Below are positions 24,001-36,000 of a DNA stretch of 64,000 bases, in pieces (within the stretch, counting starts at the first letter, position 1; each line of letters begins with the position of its first letter). A model generated the notes under the pieces. It did not search any database. It had not been told where the DNA came from and was given only the letters and a program-made list of their open reading frames with translations. The translations under genes were made by a program, and so were the position numbers. The stretch comes from Okamejei kenojei (lineage: Eukaryota), in assembly GCA_035221665.1 (NCBI GenBank), contig CM069168.1, positions 17,174,001 to 17,238,000 of the forward strand, given 5' to 3'.

Positions 24001-27000
24001 TACCGATAACCATAGTTATGTCACGCTGAATGGTCAAAGTGACCAGGTGACATTTCCAGTGTTTAGTCATTTTGTCATGTGATATAGAAACATAGAAAAT
24101 AGGTGCAGGAGTAGGCCATTCTGCCCTTCAACCAGCACCGCCATTCAATTTGGTCATCCAAAATCAATACCCTGTTCTGGCTTTTCCCCCATAATCCCTT
24201 GATTCCCTCACCCCTAAGAGCTAAATCTAACTTCCTCTTGAAAACATCCAGTGAATTGGCCTCCACTGTCTTCAGTGGAAGACGATTGCACAGATTCACA
24301 TCTCTTTGGGTGAAGTGCTACGCTCCAGGGATTCCCAGCAATGAAAGCAAGTTTAACTATTCTGGTTAAATACCCTGGCCTTTGCCCTCGTATTTCAGTA
24401 GCAGAATAATGAATGTAATTTTCCCATCCATGTGCATGGTTCCCAAGTCGAGAAAACGCGGAAAAATTGCATTTAGGGCAACTGTGGCAATCTCACCATT
24501 CTGTTCCATGGACTTGCACGTGCAGTCCCATCTCTCTGCTCCCACACATTGAGAGGTACATTTACCCCCAGCAAATGAGCTTCAACATTTACAGAATGGC
24601 CTTGCATAAAATCACATCTTTTGCGGAGGACTTGAGATTAGGATCATTACAGGTTCCAGGATGAAGACAAGTTTTTTTTTGTTTATTGTCACATGTACTG
24701 AGGTACAGTGAAAAGCTTTTGTTGCGTGCTAACCAGCCAGCGGAAAGACAACACGTAATTATAATCGTGCCAAGCCAAGAGTTAAGAGAGTGTAACTGTG
24801 CTGACTGTGAGACAACAAAGTTCTTCCTGGCTGCAGCTTAACAGGCCTGTAAACTCAAGACACGTAGATAACACATAACAAACACAAATTCAATAAACTT
24901 GTTAGCACAGTTTGAAAGGTGAATGATCGAGTGCTGTGACTCCAGTGGATTGTGTCTTATGGAGATGTCACAGCTTGACTGCGGTTCTTTCACTGACATG
25001 TCCACTCTGCACTTCAGGTGATACTGCTGTCCTGTCCAGATCTCTTGGACCTGTACCGCCAAACCTGCACAATGGCTGAAGCACCCAAAGAGCGGGCCGA
25101 GCCGGCACAGCATGCCACAAAGCTGATTAAGGTAAGTTCCCGTGACGGGTCTTTGTAAAGCAGCTTCCCATTATTTCCCGCCATGGTACACGTCAGTTTG
25201 AACTTGATTGATTCCTTCATTGAGCCCGTGGTGACGCTGCAGTAAGCAATGAGAATCAAACCACAGACAACTCCAGCCGCCTTTCTCAACTCATTCCTTC
25301 CACTTGTGCCTAGCCCCGAACAGTTACCCTTCTCAATCATGATCGGGCACGGAGCTACCTCCACCCGCTTCTCCCCTCTCTCCACCCCCGCATTCTCCAC
25401 TTCCTACCTCCCATTCTCTCTTTCCCCCTTTCCTACCTCCCACACTACTAGAGACCACATCACCCCGATCCTGGCCTCTCGCCACTGTGCGGTTCCAAAT
25501 AAATTTCAAGATCCTCCTTGATGTCTACAAAGCCCTCAATGGGCTTTCCCCCACCTACATTAAAAGTCTGCTCGCCCACCACACCACCTCCAGGTCCCTC
25601 AGATCGGCCGACTTGGGGTTGCTGAATATCTTAGGCATAAGCTCAGGGGCGACCGAGCCTTTGCGGTTCCAGCTCCTAGACTGTGGAACAGCATCCCTCT
25701 TCCCATCAGAACTGCCCCCTCCATCGACTCCTTTAAGTCGAGACTAAAAACTCATCTCTACTTGCAAGCCTTTCTTGACGTCCTCTGAGCGAGGGCTATA
25801 TGTATGTAGTGATGTTTGTATTTAATCTATGAACCACTGCTGTTTGTTATACTATTCTTATACCAATGTAAAGCACTTTGGCCAACGAGAGTTGTTATTT
25901 AAATGTGCTATATAAATAAAAGTGACTTGACTTGACTAGAAACCCCTCCCACCCCGAACCCCCCTCGCTCATCTCCTCTGGTCTCTCATGTTCTTTTGTA
26001 CAGTTCTTGGTTGGGATGAAGGGGCAGGAGGAAGCGATGGCGATAGGGGGGAGTTGGTCTCCTTCTCTCGATGGTCCAGGCCCGGATAAGGACCCCAGGG
26101 TGCTGATCAAGACAGCCATTCGCACCACCAAGTTCCTGACTGGCATTGATTTGAGCGTCTGCACTCAATGGTGAGTCCCCCAATGCAGAGCGGGGTGGAT
26201 GAGCGTGGATGCATGTTGACTTGATGGGTGCACAAACGGAAGCTTGCTGGAGAAAGATGGTGGTTAGGGATGGGAACAGTGCGCCGTGTAAAACAGCAGG
26301 GGAGAGGTTAATCTTCTTTCCTGGCACCTGCAAGACCTCATTGTTAGTTGGCGTGCTCTGGCACAGGCTCTGGAAACTTGGACCAGGGAAGGGGTTCTCT
26401 GCAGGAACAGTGGCATGGGTTGAGGAGATGCACCAGTGAATGAGAAGGCATCTGTGGAGGCACAGTGAGCCTGGATGTCCTTTGCCCCCTGCCTGGCCTG
26501 GATCTGACGCAGGATAGCGTTGCGCAGGAGTGACGTGATGTTCAGAGCTACAGAGAGAGAGTCCGGCTCCACTATCTAGCTTGGTTACTTGGTGTATTGT
26601 TCCAAAGTGCCCGCGTTGCACGAACTGTACTTCTGGCTGCTGTAGTGTTGGTGCACGCTGAGCTCCCCCCACTTCTGGGGCACCAAGAAATATTACTCTT
26701 AAGGGGCCTATCCCAATTACGCAATTTTATATCTCCCAATTACGCGAAATTCTCAAAACGTTAAAAATCCAGCAGAAAAAGGTGCGACTCTCTGGGCGAC
26801 AACTCTATGGTCGTGAGTAGTCGCCCAAAGAGTCGTGCCTTTTTCTGGTCACCGCTGGATTTTCAAAAACATGTTGGAAATTTTCGGCGACCTGCGGCGA
26901 CCGGGTGCCTGGGGTCGCGTAAGTGGGACAGGCCCCTTAAGTGTCCCAGAACCCAGGAGCTTTCGTCACAACCCACCATGCAGGATCTCCCCATGTACGG

Positions 27001-30000
27001 TGAAATACTATTGCTAACCTGTTTGTTTCCGTTGGTTCAATGGATGCACTAATTGAGCCGTACACCTGAGCGTTGTGCCAGAAGGGGGGGATGTTTCGGG
27101 CAGGAGTACAGAGTGCTGCCATTGGTTGCCTTGTAGAGTTAGCCTGACGGGTGCTTCTGTGGGGTGGGTGGGGTGGATTTATACTTGGCCCTATGACTGG
27201 GGATGATTAATGAAGGTGAGGATCCTGGCCGAGAGGGCTTCTTTCTTCCCCCGTTGTCAACTCATGACAGAGTCTATGGAAGGGAAAAAATGACCAAGGG
27301 CTGGAGTAACTCACCAGGTCGCTGTATCTATGTAGAACATGGAAAGGCGACGTTTTGGGTTGAGCCCCTTTTTCAGACTGACCCAAAATGCCACCCGTTC
27401 ATGTTCTCCAGAGATGCTGTCAGACACACTGAGTTACTCCAGCACTGTGTGTCTTTTGGGTCCATCCTTGTATCCATCTCCGGGAGGTTGACTTGACCTG
27501 GACTTGAGGAGACCGGTCGGTGCTTGGAATGGGTGAATGGTGCCTCCTGCTTGTTCTCATCTCCTTTTGCAAAGCACCTTTTCCAATGGGGAATCTGGGA
27601 TTGCGACTCTGTGCGAGGGTCAGAATGTGTGTGGGGGGAGTAGGGGGTGCGGCGTGGTATTTGAGGTGTGCGGGTGGCGCGTATCGTTGGACTGTGAGCT
27701 TTGGCGTTGGTTTTGCGGTGCTGTGTGCTATTGTATCCAGTAACCCTCTTCCCTTGTGACAGGTTTCGCTTTGCTGAGATCCGCTACCTTCATCCTGGAG
27801 AGCTCCTTGAGGGGCGGCTGCTCCCAGCCCGTGTGGAGACTGTGGTTGTATTTCTGCCGGATGTTTGGCATTGCCTCCCTACTCGCTTGGAGTGGGACGC
27901 ACTGTCCCTGGGATACACGCAACAACTGACTGACAGGGAGCAGGCAGAGCACAAGGACACGGACCGAGATGAGGCATTGAATCTTTTTTTATTACTCCAT
28001 TCTCTTACACACACACACACACTATATACACGCGCACACACACACACACACACCTACATGCACACACCTATATACACACCTTCACACATACCTTCATTCA
28101 CACACACACACAGATACAAACTCTTTACCCCTCCACTGCCATAGCAAGAGTGACCGATAACTTTCAGTTCAAGTGAGCATTTGCCAAGATAGCATAACCA
28201 TGAGACTATAAAATGCTGTAGCAGGGAACTGCTGCAGAGCTGCTGGCACTCTTTATGTATGTGAACGGGACTCCACTAATACACTGCCACGTCACAATTC
28301 CTTAAACAGAGACGGGGTTTGGGTGGGGGGGGGACAGCAAAAGAGTCGGTGACTAGAATTGATAGTTTGGGGATTGGCCCACTGGTTGTTCAGGGTCTGT
28401 GGAGTTGTGGAGCTGGGTGTGGGAGACACCAGCTCGTTCCACAAACCCCCACTTAGCTCCCCTGAGCTTCCTCACTGGGGAATGGGTTGTGCGTCTGTAT
28501 ATCGACGCGGGTGATAATGACACATCAGCGTTTGCTCCTAGTGGGGGAATGAGATGTGCCTTTGGTTCCCCTGTCTGGTGACGAGACGGGTTAGTCTGTG
28601 GTCTCCCACAGTGAAGGACATGTTCGCTGGTGATTCCCTTGTGGGTAATAGAAACAAGTCAGCCTGTGCTCCCTCACTGGGTGGTGGGTCTGTGGTCTCC
28701 TCACTGGGTGATAGGATGTGGGTGGGTGGTGTTCTTTGTTAGGAGGTGAAATCTGCCTTTGTCATGGGCGCTACTGCTGCTGTGTATTAGAATGAAAGAG
28801 TATCCTGTGATACTTGTACCATGGAGTAAAAAGTTACCCCTGAGGTAGCTATGGTATTGGCTAATAGTAAGTTTTTTCCACGCTTAATCTCTCTCTTGAA
28901 CAAAACACAAAATGGCGGAAGACCTCAGCAGGTCAGGCAGGGAATAGATGGGGGTGACGTTTGCGGGTAGGTCCCTTCTGGAGATGATGAATTCCAGAAC
29001 AAGGGGTCACAGTTTAAGGATAAGGGGGAAGTCTTTTAGGACCGAGATGAGAAAAACATTTTTCACACAGAGAGTGGCAAATCTGTGGCATTCTCTGCCA
29101 CAGAAGGTAGTTGAGGCCAGTTCATTGGCTATATTTAAGAGGGAGTTAGTTGTGGCTAAAGGGATCAGGGGGTATGGGGAGAAGGTAGGAACAGGATACT
29201 GAGTTGGATGATCAGCCATGATCATATTGAATGGCGGTGCAGGCTCGAAGGGCCGAATGGCCTACTCCTGCACCTATTTTCTATATCTATGTTTGGCTTC
29301 ATCTCGCTAACTGGCATTGTGCCTGGGGTCACAATGATTAGGTAAGTGGGGAACTGAAGCTGGGAAACACAATCTCTGTTTATAGAAATGTGACGGGGCC
29401 ACACAGACCATGACCACACTGGTGACACATCAACACTTACACTCTGATTCTCTGACATCCTTTCACCCCAACTGAAACACTGTTTATGATGCATTGTTCC
29501 AGACAGTTTGCCGTTCCTTCCCCTGACGGGCTCACATGAACTCCCACGTGTTCCGTATTCTGGTGCTTCAGGGTGCCCTTGCCCTTTGTGTAGCTCACCC
29601 CTACTGCGGGTTTCCGTCCGATACTCGTGTCATTCCCATTCCCATATTTGACGAACCTATACCACAATGACAGCTCCCTCTAGGCGATTCCTGCCCCTCA
29701 CAGTGTGTCCTTTCAGGCCCGAGGTTTTAATGCTGGAGCAGCTATAGAATTAAATTGCATCTAGGCCTGTCCTTTAAAGCAGTCACAGCAAGAGCAGGCC
29801 TCCATCTTGTGGGTTGGTGATCTGTTACCGTCCTGGCATGGGGACCCTTGGATGGTCTAACTTCTGCTGGCTGAATCCATGTGTGTTTATCACTGGGTCG
29901 TGAAAAGCAGGCCCTATGGCCGTTTTGGGGCTCATTGATATACTTGTCGAGCTAAGACGGGCTGGTGTCATATTGATATCCAGAACTGCCAGTTCCGAAC

Positions 30001-33000
30001 ACTGGACATAACCCACAAAATGCTCTACCCCAAGACTACTATAACCCAACATTATCCAACGATAAAGCTTCGCACTTCCTACCCTCGCACAGCTCTGAAC
30101 CTCAGTGTTATATAGTAACAAGCCAATGTGACCAGTACCTTGTCCCAGTGTCATACAGTAATAGACCTGTTCCCACCATCACTTTGCACCAATGTTAAAC
30201 GATGTATAAGTAACACAGGCACTATTGCCAAGAATTGTCAGTGGGCAGACCTTTATCCATCTGTACTGAATCCATGTGACATCAGGTACCCCCATGTAGG
30301 GCTGTACAGCCATTACTGTATCTCAGTGTAAGGCAATGGTAAGTTTCTACCCATTAACAATCTGCCCAAGGAATTAGTCCAGAGCTAGCCATCATAATAT
30401 GCCCCACGTTAAATCTACTGTTTATCCTGGGTTCAGGCTCAGTCTGAAATTACTTGCTGCTCCGCATTAAATCCAATACTGAAAGAGACTTGTTAGGTGA
30501 GGAACCCCTGTAGTATAGCCTTGTTGAAACATTTCATGAAATGATCAGCACAGACCTGTGAAGTCTGTCGACTCTGTTCTCTTACCTCAAAACCTGGTGA
30601 CGTTGATGCTGTTGGCTGCCTCCTTGAAACAAACGGAGTTACCACCTACAGTCTCGCTGCTGCTGGCTGCGATCATGACCTGGTCTGGCTTGAACCAGCC
30701 CACGGGTTAATTAACTAATTTTACTGAAGTGTCCTCGTCTGTGTTCCTGCCTCCACACCAGGAATGTTTGTTCCGTTCAGAGGCAGGCGGGGCGTGGAGG
30801 ATTCAGCACCTGAATGGTCTTGGGAGCAATTGGCAACTTCTCTGTGTGGAGGCATCAGAGCGGGACATAGGCTAATGGCAGTCCATTGCAGCTGATAAAG
30901 CTTTGTGTTTAACCCATGAAACCGCGCTGGGAGTGCTTCATACCAGAGTCTAAAGAGTGCTTTAATCTGTGTAAGAAAAAACTGCGGATGCTGGTAAAAT
31001 CGAAGGTAGACACAAAATGCTGAAGTAACTCAGCGGGTGAAGCCCATTCCTTCTCTCCAGAGGCCCATTCCTTCTCTCCATGGATGCTGCCTCACCCGCT
31101 GAGTTACTCCAGCATTTTGTATCTACCTTCGCTTTAATCTGTATCTGGTTCCACTGAGTGTTTAACGGGACAGCGTAGTAAATATGTCCACCTTGTGTCC
31201 CAAGAATGACAAGGCTGTTTTTAGGGGCTTTTGCCTGTGCTTAGCCATGTTAGATCTGCTCTGGGAGTATTGAGTACAGTGTCAGAGGTGAACCAGATAT
31301 GGCTAACCAAGGAGCTTAAAGTCCAGTGTTAACAGAATACGATGGTGCAAGGATTAAGATATTTACCCCTTTTAATACCCCCCTTTAACTACATTGGATA
31401 GGAGGTACAGTAGATGTGGATTTTCAAATGGCAACCTACAAAGTGCTTAACAAAACACAAATGATAAAACATGGCTAGTGAAAGCTGCTGCAGAAAGGAC
31501 TGGGGATTCGTCTATGTGAGACAGAAATTAGTGGTAATCAGGAAAATCATTTCAATATTGGCTTTTAAAATTGAGGTGGTACTTGAATTCTGGAAGGCAT
31601 TTAATAAGGCAGATGGCCATGCTCTTTTTCCCAGGGTAGCACAGCTATAAGACATAGGTTTACGGTGAGGGCAGGGAAATTTAAAGGAAGTGGAACTAGC
31701 TGCCAAAGGGAGTGTTAGAGGTGGCTACGATTAGAGGGATACGGACCTAACGCAGGCAAATGGGGATGGCTCCTTTCGGCGACTTGGTCGGCATGGACGA
31801 GTTGGGCTGAAGGGCCTGTTTCCGTGCTGTACAACTGTCTAAATGGTAGGGTAATGAGACCAGGACAGAACAAGAACATGTGCTCAGAGGAGCTAGTGGG
31901 ACTCGGAAAATGACGTAGTTTAAAAAAATACACACAGAATTTCTTAGCTGAGACATAGACGAGAAAGGTGGTTATGTATAAAACTCAAGCCACAACTAGA
32001 TGGAGTTTCATCACCATGTTACAGGAAGGTTGTAAAAGTGCAAAATGGACCTTTAGAAAATTCAAAGGGATGTTGTCAGGGCTGGAGGATTTTACTCATG
32101 AGGAGAGTCTTGTTACACAGAGGTGGTTTTATTTGGAAACTGGCGGGAGATTTAACATCTGAAAGTATGTTTAAAATGTTATAAAGGTCTGGACCTATTT
32201 CCTGAAAGATTCTTGATGGTAGGGTGATAGAGTTAAGGGAGCGTGTTGAAAGATTAGCGGAGTTGAACTCCCTCTTTCACTGGATGGACAGTGGGATCTG
32301 CAACTCTGCCTGAAAAGGTGGTGGCGGCAGAAACCCTTGTTACATTTAACGAGAACCTGGGTCAGCATTTGAGGTGCTGCATCCTGTTGTGGGAGTGGGG
32401 TTAGGCTGGGCAGCTCTTACTGCCCTGGCATGGACACAAAGAGCCAAAGCTGGCTCCAGGGGTTGTGGAGGAGAGTCCAGGGAGCGGTGTGATCATTGGA
32501 TAAGGGGTGCAACTTTGTTCTGCTGCGCTGTGTGTCTCAGTGTGAACTGCGTGTTTCCTAACCTTCCCCTTTTTGTCCCTTTCATTGCCTCTTGCCTCCA
32601 TGTGTCCTCCCTCACAGGGGAGGAGGATGTGGGCTGGGGACACCTCACTGATTGTTCCAGACCGTTTCCTCCCGCCTGCTGTTAGTGGCACGGTGCAGGC
32701 CGCACGATGTAATGACAGACTGCCCATGGAGCCTGGATCGCGACGGCAGCTCGACTGACACTGCAGGTTGCTTGCTTTAACGTGACCCTATTTGTCCTCG
32801 CAGGCTGAAGAGAAGATGGAAGAGCAGGGAGAAGATGCACCCCCCACCCCCACCCAGTGGAGTAATTTGGATCTGAAGTCAATGAAAGTAAGAGCTGCTA
32901 TTTGTACCTGGCGAGACCTGCCTCATGGTCACTGCTCGCCTAAGTGTGTGTCTATAATACGCACCTTTCCGCTTAGTGTCCAGTTAGAATTCAGAATGGA

Positions 33001-36000
33001 GTTGAACAAGATTGCAAAAAAAACTACTGGAGCAACTCTGCTGGTTAAGCAGCATCTGTGGAGGAAACAGTTGACCTTTCATGTCAAGGCCCCTCCTCTG
33101 AACAGACTCCCTGGCTCCACGCACACACTCTCCATTGGAACCATAGCCCACTCTGACTCATTCATGTCTGGCCATCATTATACAGACTGTCTGAGGAATG
33201 AGGAAGGAGCAGAGGGTTGGGGTTTAGTCAGACAGCTGAAGCTCAGAACTGCACAGAATGCCAACTGTAAGACTCCACGATTCGCGGCTACTCAGTGGAA
33301 ACAACAGTAAGTCCAAAATGGATGAGTATCCCTGTTAAAACCAGGCCTGAGATAGAGCAGTGTGAGAAAGAACTGCAGATGCTGGATAAAATCAAAGGTA
33401 GACACTAGACCAAATGCTGGAGTAACTCAGCGGGCGAGACGCTAGAGTTTAGTTGGGGACGCTGTCTTCCCGCATATCCGTGCGTGCGCAGTTGGGGAAT
33501 TCCATCAAATTCTAGGTCATTTGGAATTCTATTTCAGGGGGAAAAAATTGTTGCGGTGTGGAAGCACTGGTGGAGTATGAGATTTACCGTGCTGTAAAAG
33601 GCAGTTAGCCCGGGTAAAATTGTTTAATCCTGCTCGATACAAAACCAAGCATATTAAGGCCATGGTGTGACGGGCTCCAATCTTTCCAGGTGGAAGATTT
33701 CCGCAGGGAGCTGAAAGCAAGGAATATGAACTGGAAAGGCACAAAGGCTCAGCTTGTGAGCCGACTGGAGAAGGAGCTGGAAGAGGAGACAGCTAAAGAA
33801 GAGATAGAGAAAGATGAATCTCCAACCAAGGAGGCAGAGTCGGTCGTGACTCCAGAGCCGAGTCCTGATGAGGAGCAGAAGCAGGTGAGACTTGGGCCAA
33901 TATACCCAACCATAGGCTGCAAATGGCACAAAACATGCGATTACTGAGGGAGCTGCAGCTGTCAAGTGGACGCGATGGGAAGGTGCAAGGCAGGGGATTC
34001 AACTCAAACCTGTGTGGATTATGGGAGACTGAGTTGAGGCACTGTCTTCCTAAGAGTTGAAACTGGGGATGTTTGGGTTTGTTTGAAGTTGGGTCAGATC
34101 AACCTGATTAAGATGGGATCCTGCCTTTATCGATGGAGACATGGAACAGAAAAACAGGATATTATGGTGAAGCTTTAAAAATTCCTGTTTGGACTCGGTA
34201 TCTAATGCAGAGAAGGCCTTGGGGGAGAGGGGGAGTGTTTCAGAGACAATGGCAAAATAGTCCAGAGATGAGACTAGTTTGCTCTGCCATTCAGTAACGG
34301 TGGCTGATCTGATGGGTAGCTCGTTTGCACATTCCTCCTGCCTCTCCTCAGTAACCTGAATCAGGCCTGTACCACTGGCTGCTGCTGTGCGGTGTTAAAC
34401 TGTTGTCTGTTGTGCTGTGCAGGATGCCGAGGGGAAGCAGCCTGAAGAAGCCCCTGCTGCACCCAAGGTGGAGCCTCGATGCCCCCTGCCAGCCGAGCCT
34501 GCGGTGATTGTGACCCCCAACGTCGCTGCCATGGGGGGCAACTTTGGATGTGCCGTGCTGTCGCTGAGTAACCTGAGGAGCTACCGCATTGATTCCAAGG
34601 GCCACTCCTTTGAGGTACTTGTTGGCAGATTGTCATCTTGCCTGCAACGTAACAGCTTTACAAATGTTATTTCCATGCCTTATGATGATGTTAGCGCCTA
34701 TATTGATCAGGTACTTAGAGAAGCAGCGTTGAAACAGGCCCACCCAGAACACACCAACCATCGTCTTCTGTGTTATCCCATTTCCTCAACCGGTCCTTAC
34801 GCACTAGAGCTACTGTACAATAGCTAATAATACACCAGGACACATTAACACACTAGTATAACATGTACAATAGGTCATAATACACACTAACATACTAGTA
34901 GAACCAGTACTTGCACACTTCTGTGGTTTCCCCGTTTCTCAATAGACAATAGGTGCAGGAGTAGGCCATTCGGCCCTTCGAACTATTCAATGTGATCATG
35001 GCTGATCATCCCCAATCAGTACCCCGTTCCTGCCTTCTCCCCATATCCCCTGACTACGCTATTTTTAAGAGCCCTATCTAGCTCTCTGTTGAAAGCATCC
35101 AGAGAACCGGCCTCCACCGCCCTCTGAGGCAGAGAATTTCACAGACTCACCACTCTCTGTGAGAAAAAGTGTTTCCTCCTCTCCGTTCTAAATGGCTTAC
35201 TCCTTATTCTTAAACTATGGCCCCTGGTTCTGGACTCCCCCAACATCGGGAACATGTTTCCTGCCTCTAGCATGTCCCAACCCTTAACAATCTTGTATGT
35301 TTCAATGAAATACTCTCGCATCCTTCTAAACTCCAGAGTGTACAAGCCCAGCCGCTCCATTCTCTCAGCATTACACACTAGATTGTACAATAGGTAATAA
35401 TGTACTAGTAGCCACTAATACACAGTAACATACTAGTAGAACCAGTCTTTGCGCACTAGTACGATAGGCAATTGTGCGCTGGCCACTTAAGCTAGAAAGC
35501 CGCATGTGTGTGGGATGTGGGAGAGACCCGGTGGCGGTGGGTGGTGTGAGTTAGTTTGGTGACGGGGTTCTGGTTTCCCCTCAGGTCCTGTGGCTGGCTG
35601 AGATTTTCAGTGAGATGCTGCAGAGAGACTTTGGTTACGCTATCTACAGTGCCCTGCTGGCCTACCCAGAGAAGAAACCAGAGGAGGTCCCAGAGAAGCC
35701 AAAGGCAGCCACTGGCAGTCAGGAGCAGGAGCAGGAACAAAAGGATCAGGACATGGAGCAAGAGGAGAAGCCGAAAGAAGCGAAGGGCGAGGGGGAGGAG
35801 ATGGAGAACGCGGAGTTGAAGGACACAGAGGAGGCGAAGGAGTCGAGCGATGCCCTGGCTAAAACCACAGCCATGGAGGAGGATGACAACTGGGAATGGG
35901 AGCTTACAAAGGTATGTCCCGTGGGGAAGGGGGAACCAGATGCTGGAGTGACTCTGGGGCAGGCAGCATCTCTGGAGAAAGGGAATAGGCGAGGTTTTGG

